From NCBI GenBank assembly GCA_031835245.2, contig JAVKOQ020000053.1, positions 124,001-188,000 of the forward strand: a DNA stretch of 64,000 nucleotides, read 5' to 3'. The position numbers and the translations under genes were made by a program. The notes beneath the pieces are model-generated. The model worked only from the letters and a program-made list of their open reading frames with translations. It was not told the origin of the DNA and did not search any database. Shown one piece after another: positions 11,268-22,009 of this stretch. The stretch comes from Balamuthia mandrillaris (lineage: Eukaryota). Numbering within the stretch: position 1 is the first letter of the stretch; the number at the start of each line of letters is the position of its first letter.

Positions 11268-14200
11268 CAAGAAGCAACATTTCAACCAGCTTACTACCAA
11301 TCGTCTCTCTCATTCCTTCCCCCCCAAAACCCAAAGGCTTCTGCTTCAGCTGCAAATTTAGGAGCTTCCTTCTTGCCTATTTGCTTGCTCTGAAGCACCT
11401 GCTTTTGGGTTTCGGGAGGCTTCCTTCGGTGAGGTCAAAAGGAGTGAGCGCACAGTAGGCAAACGTCAAGGTTTAGGGTGTTGGGTGCACCCCAAAACGT
11501 TGTCTGTACCCCAAAATGGTGTCGACACCCAAAGGATAACAAAAAGTACCACAACCTTTATCTCTTTTCTTTGCTTTCTACCATCTGAACACTCTTACAA
11601 AAAAAGCTCCTGTTTTCCTAGTATCACCGCCCCACCATGGCCGACAATAACACCCCCGACCGCATGCCCGACTTTCGCGCAACGGCCAAGAGGATGGGGA
11701 ATGGGCTTTCAACGCTGCTGGCTACAGTTTTTGGCGGCAGTCTTGTTCCAGGAAAGGAACAAGCAAAGGCCACCGAGAGGAAAGAAAGGGAGCAGGGTCG
11801 TTTACAACTGTGACTTGAGATCACCCTCCAACACCCCAAGTACTCCGAGTGCATGTACGACATCATCGAATTCCAAAGGAAGGCGGCCTCTGACAGCGAC
11901 CCTGATGCCTATGCCAAGGTTTCCAAGAGTGAAATGGACATGGCTGAGCGTCCTTCGCGAACCAAACGAGTAAATAGCTGCAGAAGCTTGACCAAGGATT
12001 ATTGGCGCACAGTACTCCGTTACGCTCGAGCCTATGGCTACATGGACTCATTAGAAAGGAACGAGTTTGCCCACCAGCACGAGAGCTTTAAAAGATTTGT
12101 CAAGCCGTTGGACACTCTCCATGAGTCCGACGACAGCTCAGAAGCACTCTATGACCTGGCCAACTTTACCCCCACCCCTCCTGAGTAAGCGTAACTGTTG
12201 TCCGTGTCTGTATAGCAGCGTTCCGCAGCTTGGAGAGACAAGCAACAAACAACGAGGAGCGCGGGACCTAACGTCAGCGAAGGAAATGATGGTCGCAGAG
12301 AGTTCGCTGGGCAACGAGATAGCCAAGAAGATGGATGACTCTGGCAAGACCGAGTCGAAGACCATGATGACCAGCGATGGTAGGTCCGTGAGGTTCTTCG
12401 CGCCCGTGCTGGCGGACGATTATCGCATGCCTCTCGTGCTACTGTTGGAGAAAGGCTCGGGCAACCTTGGGCGGCAAATGGAACAAGCAATGGTACGTGC
12501 TGAAGAAGAACAAGCTGCACTACTTCAACCAGCAGGGCCAAAAGCGGGAGAAGGGCAACCTCCCCATGAAGACGGTGCTCTCGGTGGAGCGCGTCACGGC
12601 GCAGACGGCCCTACGCCACCAGATCCACCCCGACGAGGCGCCCTCTTTGCGCTCTCCCCCCCTCCCTCTCCTCCACGTTCTTCTTCCTGGCGGAGGATGC
12701 CTACGCCATGGAGAAGTGGGTGGCGCGGTTGGAGGAGGCCCGGCGGATGTTTGGCCAGAAGGGCATTGTCTACCTCCCCGCCATACCGGAGGAGAAGAAG
12801 ACGTGGGGGGCAGTTGGTGGAGACTAGAGACAGAAGAAGTTCGAGTAAGTCTTTTCACGTTCTTCTGTTGTGGCGAACTCTTCACGACCGCCGTTGGACA
12901 TCAGGGCTGGAGGTACCACCAACGAACAACAGGAAAGCAGTGAGAAAGGTGGGCAAGGCCATGCAAGCCAAGTGGTTGTGGAACAGGAGGAAGATCAAGA
13001 GGTTGTGGTCGTGCGTGGAAAGTCCTCCTCCTCTTCAACAACACTTCGCCCTTCTTCCTCCTCTTCCTCTTCCGCCTCGTTATCGCCAAAGACGTCCACA
13101 GCCGCAACATCGTCGGCCGCTGCCTCAACAACAAAGACAGCTCAAAATATATGGGAAGAAGCGCAAGAAGAGAGCTTCACCTCCGGAGGCGGTGCCGATG
13201 ATGACGACTTCACCTCCGCGGACTACGATGTGGTGGGCATGGTCGTCAGCGAGAGCGAAGGAGAGGATGACTCCATGTCCCTCTCCCTCTCTTCCTCTTC
13301 TTCTGCCACCCCCACCACCAAACAAGGGTCTTGTTGTTCCCAAAGAAGCTACCAGGAGAGGTGGACGAAGAAGCGATAACGGAGGAAGGAGGCATTACGT
13401 TGAGGGCCGGATGAAGGAGAGGATGAAGATGGTAACAGGGAAGTGGACGAAGTGGACTTTGTGGATCACTATAACAACAGCAACGAGGCCATAGCAGAGG
13501 AAGAACCGAAGTCGCGCACTGGAAGCATTCCACAAATCATTTTTCCTTTCGCCAGACAAGAGAACGAACGGATTGAAGAAGTCCAACCAAGCAAGAAAAA
13601 GAAGGAGACCACAAAGAAGAAGAAGAAAAAGAGAAGCAAATCAACAACAGAGGAGGAGGGCAACACGGAAAACAGCAAGAGCAACAAAAAGAAGAACGCG
13701 CAAAAGGAATACCGCGGGGAGAGAGCCAGCCAAGCAGAGAGTGCTAGCGGCAAAACGTCGCCTTCACCACGCGACTCTTTGGTCATAAAACAACGAAGAA
13801 AGAGCAAAACAGTTACCATCACCGACACAGAGAGGTTCTTTCATCTCCTCTCCCTTCTCTGTTTCTATCTTCTTTAGATTGGAATGCTTATGTTTATGTG
13901 TATGCAGATCGTTTTGTGCGGGGTCAAAAGATTGGGATGCGCCAAGCCGGAGGAATGTTAATTGTCAAGCCAAGGCTCTGCTCGTGGGCAGATGACATCT
14001 CCCTCGGCCAGCTCGTTGGCTTCGCTATCTACGTCTGCACCATCGCTTCCAACTTCTTTGTCGTCTCCTTCATTGACTTTGAGCTCTTCATCTCTCTGTT
14101 TTTTTTTTGGAGCTCACTAACAAGTTCGAATATACCTAGATCAAAGCTCTCTCGCAACGATCGACAATTGTGAAGACGAAGAATGAGAAGAAAGAGGGGA

Positions 14201-14772
14201 GAAGAAGAAAGAGAGGGAGAAGGAGAAAGCCGAGGCGATGTGGCAAGAGAGAGTTGTTTGGGAAGAAGAACTTAATCCACTGCATATACAACAAAGAGAA
14301 GATATGGGCAGGGCCACAAACGACGCAACCCCGCATGTCACGCAAAGCGGCGAACAATCTCCTATGGAAAACCGACTTACAAGAACATGCAAAGGCAGGA
14401 CAAGAGCAACAAACGCCAAAGGAAGAAGAGAAGGGGCACAATGGACCAGAAATGGCTGTAACTTCCAATGTCTCCATGCCCAAAGGGGTGGCAGTGATCT
14501 GTTCCACCACAGTGACGACATGTATCCTATCTTACCCCAGACGACAGGAGTAGTCAACACCACCAACCTACTTGAGCTACCCCCTACAGCCAAGTTTGTT
14601 GGTCTGAAGCAGAAGCCCGTTTGGCTTTGGGGGAGGATGGGAGAGACAATTGGTAGATGTCGTCTGTTGGTGTAACTTGCTGGTTGTAATGTTGCTTCTT
14701 GAGAGGCAAGAGCCTTCCCTCTTGCCGATTTGCTTGCTAGGAAGCACCTGTTTTTGGGTTTTGGGAGGCTTC
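11268..14772. repeat. Paired diverged repeats: block A inverted (11268-11349 vs 14604-14701); block B direct (11371-11423 vs 14720-14772)
   Basis: A: caagaagcaacatt.caaccagc...ctaccaat.gtctct...cccccaaa.c.caa...ggcttctgcttcag matches the reverse complement of 14604-14701. B: tcttgcc.atttgcttgct..gaagcacctg.ttttgggttt.gggaggcttc occurs at both sites. Confidence 0.8.
11637..14100 (+). pseudogene. Decayed chimeric coding sequence including a frameshifted PH domain and an acidic/Ser-rich ORF with in-frame stops
   Basis: The PH domain is split over three frames: LLEKGSGNL / GGKWNKQWYVLKKNKLHYFNQQGQKREKGNLPMKTVLSVE / TFFFLAEDAYAMEKWVARLEEAR. ORFs 12870-13379 and 13443-13877 share one frame and are separated by TAA (13377) and TGA (13401). 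Confidence 0.65.
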
Positions 14773-14902
14773 ATCCTCAGGCCTCCACTTGCATTACCTC
14801 CTTTTACAAAAGTTGTTGCTCCGAAAGAAGCGTAACGATGTTAAACGTCCGACAACAGCCTATTCACGTTGTTCCATGAGTTGTCATTTATTTAAAAAAT
14901 GC

Positions 14903-17028
14903 TTATCTTTGCTGTTCTTCTTCGCCGTTCTTCTCGTTCTCCTTGAAGATCATTGCCCAGTCGAATCGGATGTCCTTGCAATGGTTGTTCAGGTACTTGA
15001 CAAACTTCATGGTGCCTTTGTCCCTGTATGTAAGCGAGAGGGTGTTCATTTGACAGGGCACGGAGAGCAGCTCCGTCTCTTCGTCCATGTAGATGACTTG
15101 GCCGCCGCAGTCCACCTCGATGTCGTTAGTGCTGCAACATAGAAACACGTCCAGTGCCTCCTCCTCGATTATTCCATCATGAACTAATGTGTATGTACCT
15201 GTGTTTAAATGCATGTAAGTATCATCTTTCTCCATGTGCAGAAGAAAAAAAACGAGAAGAGAAGAAGAGAACATACCAGGAAGAAACTTGCGAATCTGAT
15301 AGGTAACGGTGGCGAGGTCCAAACCAGTAATGTATCGCAAGAAGCTGAAAAACACGTCCGAACGAAGAAAGCGGGAGAGCTGTTGGATGGTGTGACGCTC
15401 CTCCGTGTCCGGGAGGCACATGTAATGCCGCTTGTTGACAGGTCCTTTGAATCGCCACTCCTTGATGTGTTGGTGCTCATCCTCATCGGAGCAGAGCTCC
15501 TCCATGACTTGTTCGTACTTATCATCTCGGAGGAAGGCGTTGAGCTGAATGCTGGACTCCTCCAAGAACTCCTCTCTAATGGCTTCCTGATTCTCCTTGG
15601 CGAGGTAGATCGGGTTCAGCCATTTTTGCAACACACCTAACATTTCCTCTGTCAAACTCTCTTCTTCGTTTTCAGCTTTTTCCTTTTGTTTGCTAGTTGA
15701 AGAAGCAGAGGAAGCAAGAGTAGGAAGCGGAGAAAGGTAAGGAGGAGGAGGTTCCTTCCAAAGAGAGGCAGTGTTCTTCGGAAGAGGAGGGCCATGGAAC
15801 CATCCGCTTATGGACATCCTTTCCCTGAAGCCCATCTGATCCGCTGTTCTTACCTCCGAGACCTGATGCCATGAGACCTCGCTCACCGCAAAGAACACAA
15901 AGGAGTTCCAAGTGGGAGAGATGGACTCTGCAATGCTCACTGGCTGCTTGGTGCTCTCGTCCACTGCAAAGAGGTCCAACGTTCCTCCTTCCGTAGCGGT
16001 GTCCCAATCCTTGGGCACCAGGTAGAGAATGTAGGCGATGCGTCGTCCCTCAAGCTCGTCGTCGTGGCAGAGGAGAGTGGAGGTGTCGGTGTAGCGAGCC
16101 ACGCTCATATCGATGGTGTCGTTGAGCCCTTCAATGCCGGTTATCTTGCTAAGCCATTGGCGAAAGGACTGGCTGTAAAGGGTCGCTCGAAGCTTGCTCA
16201 CTGCTGGCAAACTACAGCCCTTTATTCATTTTTGATCAAAATATAGAAGGGTTGCGTTAGGGCTGTCGTTCGTAGGAGAAACTTGAAAGAAGCGAAAAGA
16301 GAAGAGAGAAAAGAGAAAAGAGAAAAGAGAAAGAAGGTACTTTGAGGTCTTTGCTTTGATAAAAATCGTAGAGGTCATTGGACTTGCGTTGGAAGCTGAG
16401 GGTGAGGAGCTCGTCGCGCAAGCTATCGATGAAGGACTCCTTCAGGAAGCCCTCCAAAAAGTTGTGAGAAAAGGGCTGGTGGGCTTTGCTCTCGTAGGCC
16501 TGCTTCGCCTTTTGCACCCACTCCTCACCCACGATCTCCGGGTTCAACACCGCCAACGCCTCTCCTTCCTCCTTCACATCGATCGCTGCCGCGGAGGCAC
16601 CCGTTCCTTTCGCTCGTTTGTTGGAGCTCTGCTGGACTCCTTCTGCAGAGACGGTTCGTTCTTTCTCACCAACATCGTTGGCTCGCTTTTTCTTGCTGGC
16701 TTGTTCTTGTTGGAGAGAAAGCGCGTCCAGCTCGTTCTTGAGGAGCAACGGGAGGGCAAGCTGGTCGCGTTGAGAGGGCGTGAGCTTGCCCCAGCTCGAG
16801 AGGCGCGTGATCCAATTGGCCTCGAGCGTGGCCAGTGCGGCCTCAAAGGCCTGCTTCGGGGGGTTCAAGCGCTGGCTGAGCTCCTCCAGCACCTCTTTGA
16901 TGGCAGGATCGTGCTGTTCCGGGTGGCACTCCCTGTTTGGACGTTTTTGGTGAGACGCACCGGGTTAAGTTAGACCCAAACCAGGGGAATGAGGGGAGGA
17001 GGAGCAAGAACTGCTGCTGCACGTACAT
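14903..17028 (-). CDS. OGFOD1: 2-oxoglutarate/Fe(II) prolyl hydroxylase OGFOD1/Tpa1 (uS12/RPS23 hydroxylase)
   Basis: DLYDFYQSKDL; LLCHDDELEGRRIAYILYLVP (HxD); EGGTLDLF; SWHQVSEV; RMSISGWFHG; second domain GPVNKRHY, TYTLVHD, TMKFVKY. Confidence 0.93.
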
Positions 17029-17266
17029 GAATGAGAAGTTTGGCTCTCTCTTACTTCTCTCTCTCTTTGTTAGCGTAATGTCGTCATGAGGTCACATTTC
17101 CGGGTCGTCGTGGAGATGTAAAAAAGGATATTTTGGGCCTGTTACTTATATCCAAATTTGAACGTGGGAAGATTCCCCAAAACGTTGGATCGACTCTCGT
17201 TGAAGCCAAAAAAATTTACATAAAAAATAAAAAGCAGAGAAAAAGCAACCACGCAGGGACGAAGGG

Positions 17267-18052
17267 ATGGAGGCCTCAACTACGAAGAGCAGCCGAGCGA
17301 ATGGCAAGGAGGAACGTCGTGGTGGCAGCAGCAGTAGACATCGCCGTGAAAAGGACAGAGACCATTCATCCAAGCGAAAACGCTCTCGCTCACCCGGTAC
17401 CTAGTTTTTTTTTGTTGTTTGCTTATTATTCTTTCGATGGGAACGGAGCGGGTCGCTCATTTCACATGTGAAAAGAGGAAAGACGGCGCAGCAGCGATGA
17501 TAAAAAGCGAAAGAAACACAAGAAAGAGAAGCACAGAAAGAAAGAGAAGAAGGAGAAGCACAAATCTGACAGACACAAGCAGCTGGAGGAAGAAGCCAAA
17601 CTTTTTCTTCAACGTACGTTTTCTTTGGTGGCCTATCTGCTTGCCCTCACTACAGTCTTTTACTGTTATTGCTCACTTGCTCTCTTCCAGAAAACGCTGC
17701 CTCCTCTCAAACACTTATTTCTGACAAGGACTACTTTGCCAAAAACCCTGAGTTCAGACAATGGTAATCTAATCTCGCTCTCTCTCCCTCTCTCTCTCTC
17801 TCTTCCCTCTCTCTCTTCTCTCTCTTCTCTCTCTCTTATCTCGTCATCTCTCATTGCACTTCTCACTTAATATATAAAAAAGGCTCATTGAAGCCAAGAA
17901 CAAGTTCTTTGACGAGCTGAGCTCTCACAAGGCGCATAAATACTTTGATAAGTTCGTGACTGTGTGGAACAAAGGCCAGCTTCCTGGTTTGAAGCCTTCT
18001 TCTTGCTCTAGTCTTCTATGCTCGCACCGCTTTCTCCCTCTCTCCCTCCCTG

Positions 18053-18087
<35 letters not shown>

Positions 18088-18999
18088 GGGGAAGTAATGG
18101 TGTTCTCACTCTGCTTTGGATGATTGCAGAGAAATACTATACTGGAAGATTGCAAACCGACACCGAAAGCAACACACGAACACGATATGTGTGGGGCTTC
18201 ACGAAGAAGAATACATACAATCCGGTTGAAGTCGGAGCAGGTACTGAGCTCAATCCAATGCGTATTCTTTTGTAAAGAGCTTGAAGCTGATGCACCATCA
18301 TTTCAATATTCCTCTATTAGTGAAAGATCAAGTCTCCAAAGAGACAAATGTAGGAGGCCGTGGCCCTCGCCCTTCCTCCACTTCCCGTTCGTCATCTTCT
18401 ACATCAACCTCTCAGCCTTCGCTATCCAGCAGCACAACCACGAATGACGGAATAGATGATGAGGACGAACGTAGATACAACCGCTTGATGAAGCGAAAGC
18501 AAGATAAAAACTTTAACGACTACAAGCGAGCAGTTATGGTATGCTTTTTTTATATTTGTTTGCATATTGTGGGCTTACTTTGTAAAAAAATGAATAGGAT
18601 GAGTTGGCGCCAAAGCCAGATCCGGGTAGCTTTGCTGCCAAACGGGAGAAACGAATGGCCAAAGGGGCCTACACGCGCAAAGATGACTCTCCAGAACACG
18701 ATGAAGTCGACCTTATGGGCGGTGATGATTCTCTTCGCGCAAGGTTTCTCTACTTCTCTTTCTTATTCCCTCTTCTCTGTCTGTTGCTACTGTGACTTTC
18801 TCTTTCAAATCGTTAATTTTTTTTTTGTTTGTATGAAAGGTTACACAGACAACGAGAAAGAGAAACAGCAAGAAAGGAAGCAAAAGCCCAACAAGCAAGA
18901 AGCAAGTTGGAAGAGTACCAGAGAAAAGAGGATGAGAAGATGGCCATGTTCCGAGAGATGTTGAAGAACAGACCCTCTGGCGCTTTAGGAGCTCCTTGA
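17267..18999 (+). CDS. SCI1-like (style cell-cycle inhibitor 1-like) RS/charged nuclear protein; spliced
   Basis: RS/RE-rich N-terminus. Spliced core DYFAKNPEFRQWLIEAKNKFFDELSSHKAHKYFDKFVTVWNKGQLPEKYYTG resembles the conserved plant/fungal SCI1-type domain; ends EEYQRKEDEKMAMFREMLKNRPSGALGAP*. Confidence 0.65.
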
Positions 19000-19232
19000 T
19001 TCCTTCAAAACTTGATAAAGATGCGGATGTTTATCGGATGAACACCTTATGCCTATCTTCACTCATCCGAACGTGCGAAAGCCAATCTTTCCAACAATCC
19101 ATTCTATTGATGGAGGGAAGGCGATAATGAATGTTGCGCCGAAACGAAGAAGATCGTCGAGGGAAGGAACGGTGAGTCTTCTTTGGGTTGATGATAATGA
19201 TGAAACGGTCCATAATCAAAAGACAACCACTA

Positions 19233-20776
19233 TTAGATGACAGGACCTTGCGTTTCTTCCTCTTCCATCGTTGTAATCCGTTGTTGAAGTGGTGGTTGTT
19301 GATGATTATGTTGGGGCGATGGTTGGTGATGTGAACTAGAGGAACACGTTAGATCTGCGGATTCCATTCGTGCCATTAACAGCTCATAATACATCCTGCG
19401 CAGTTTCGCCACCGTCTGAAAGCGACCAGCCGTCACGTCGATAAAGTAAAGCTGCAGCGCCAACAGGTCATTCTTTTGGCTGCTATAAAAGATGTCAAGT
19501 ATCCAGTAGATGGTGGCAGGAAAGCCTGCGATGGCCCATCTCCATTTGGGTTGTTGCGTAATTTCCAGGAAGGCAATGGCGGACTTGAAGGCTGTTTCCT
19601 TGTCGCCCAATTTCCAATGGAGGTGAGCGGTCATGGCGGTCAGAAGGTAACGTAGGTGGAAGCGGGCAGTGACTGAGATGGTGCTGCGCTGCAGCTCGTG
19701 CTCGCATTGTTCGATAATGTTGAGAAAAGGAAGGAGAGAGGATGTAGGAATCATCACTTCGCTTTTATCTGCGAGAATCAGCGCTGAATGCAAGTTTACT
19801 GTGAGTTAAACAGCAACGAAAGAGAAAGAACGAACGAAACCACAAGAAGAGATGCAAATACCAGAGAACACTTCCAGAATGACCTGCGAAAAGGAATGAG
19901 TCTCATGCAGCTTCTGAAGAATAAGCGCTGAGTCAGTAGGTAACGTTACAGCCGAAACCGGCTTCTTTGGGTCCAGAAACGCAGTAAGGTGGCCAAAGGG
20001 CACACTGAAGCAAGGATAGTCGGAGATGCGTTGTACTTCCTGGCGCAATGGCTGAAGATCGGTCGCGGTGGAACTAGGATTCAGAAAGAAGCCATAGAGG
20101 GAGCGGATGTAGGCGCTGCTGTTGAAGGCACCGAGCGTTCGGCACATGCTCACCGCAATGGTAAAATAGTAGTCGCAATGTTCCGTATCTCCCTCTCTTG
20201 AAAGTCGCATTGATGAAGAAGTTTTTGTCAAAAACAAAGATGAAAATAATAATAAGAGGAGGAGGGAGAGAGAGAGAAGGTTCCCACTTACACACAGAGC
20301 AGCCAATAGCCCAATTGATTAAAGGCCTGCGCCACGCTGTAGTCGGTGTAGTCGAGCAAGTAGGAGGCGTGATGCCTAGCAATGTTAAAGTGCTCCGCCG
20401 CTCCCGCATAATCGTCGGTTAGCAGCGCTCCTGTTCATGACCGCCAACAAAGAGAAGAAAGGGGAGAGAGAAGAGGAGAAGATGAGCGAAAATGGGAGAC
20501 ATGCAAAGAGTGAAGAGGGTAAGAATTTGGGTGAGCAGGAGGGCAAACCAAAGCAAAGCACGATGTGGACGTTAAGAGACAGACAACTGATCTCCTCTCT
20601 TCCGGTCTTGGTGGAAGTGAGGTAGTACAGGCTCTCCGGATGAACGGCAGCGGGATGCAACGGCACCAACGACCAATTGGTGTCCCTGTAGAGGGTAAGC
20701 TTTTGGAGGGTGGTCGCAAAGCTGGTCAGATGAGCGCCCTCATTCCATAACACCGCCCTTCCTCTCTCTTCCTCCG

Positions 20777-20807
<31 letters not shown>

Positions 20808-21659
20808 CTCCTCTTCCTCTCCAAAATGATGGTTCTGCGGGTGAGGACAGGGTCGCTGTTCCCGCGTTATGAAGCTCTTCTGCTGCTCAAGAATGTGATT
20901 GCGATGCACAAAGCCGGGTGGTGACTGATTGGTGTGAGTGCTGCCATCCCCCGGCCTCAACGAACCGTACAACGGCCACAACTGCGAGGGCGCTGCGGAT
21001 GCTGACGGAGTGGAAAAAAGAGAGGTTGTAGTGGCATTGGGAGTTGTTCTGGAAGGAGCAGTTGCCGTTGACGTAAACGTCGAGGTGAAGGAGGCATGTG
21101 CGTTCAAGGCGACGCTTTCGTCAAAGCTCGAGGACTTACTGCTGCTGTCACTTCTACTGGTGTCGGCGATGGGAGTGTGCGTTCTTCCTCTGAAAACGAC
21201 ATCATCTGCCAGCCCGACCCCCATCCCACCTTTTCTTTGTTGTGGTTTGGGTTGTAGAGGTTGTGAAGAAGTTAAAACGGATGTCGATGTTTGTTGCTGC
21301 AGGGTTCCTTGTTGGGTCTGTTGTTGCTGTTGTGGCGGTTGATGGCCATGTTTTCTTCGGGGGTAGGGACATCGTTGCGAGGGTATCTCCACGAACTTCC
21401 AGGCCTTATTGGGAGGAGTACTGCGCTGCTCCAGCGTAAACCCTCCCAACATGCCCCTCAGCCCCGATGAAGAGGACCAGGAATATCTACCTCTCCCGCC
21501 TCCTCTCCCTCCTTTGTCTCTCCCATTTTCCCCTCCTGTGCTGCTCCGCCTCCTCCTCCTGCGTTCACTCTCTCCTCCTTCTTCTCCCGGCGCGGCAGGT
21601 ATCTTCTGGTCGGAGTCTCCTTCCTCCTTTCCTCCGGGCACAGCACCATCCGCCTCCAT
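19233..21659 (-). CDS. Fungal-type transcription-factor middle-homology-region-like protein with disordered N-terminus
   Basis: Spliced helical region VLCFALLTDDYAGAAEHFNIARHHASYLLDYTDYSVAQAFNQLGYWLLCEGDTEHCDYYFTIAVSMCRTLG resembles Fungal_trans-like domains; N-terminus is Q/S/T/E-rich. Confidence 0.5.
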
Positions 21660-22009
21660 TATTATTTTTTTTTTTTTGCAGGGAGTTCTCTCTCTCTCTT
21701 TTTTCTTAATAAGTGTGCAACAGGAAAAGGGCAGCGCCTGGTTCCGGAACGATGTTCCCTTTTGTTTTGTTGTTGTTTATTATTATTTGTCTATTTCTTC
21801 TTCGCTCACTTTTGGTGCAGCAGCTCGTTCCCTCAGTGGTTGTGCACATGTGCGGAGGGCGGAGCGTTTGGGGGTTTTTTTTTTTTGTTGTAATTTCCGA
21901 TAACGGAAAGGATCACGGAAAAACCGTTTTGCTTTGAATAGTTTTGAGGGCAGATGACGATCTTTGCTTTTATGCATAAATAGTACCCTAGCAACGATGG
22001 TTTTTCCTT

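Noticed and set aside
12067..13494. 475-aa ORF as an intact gene
   Set aside because: The protein-like segments (PH domain, acidic tract) lie mostly in other frames; this ORF largely reads off-frame through decayed sequence
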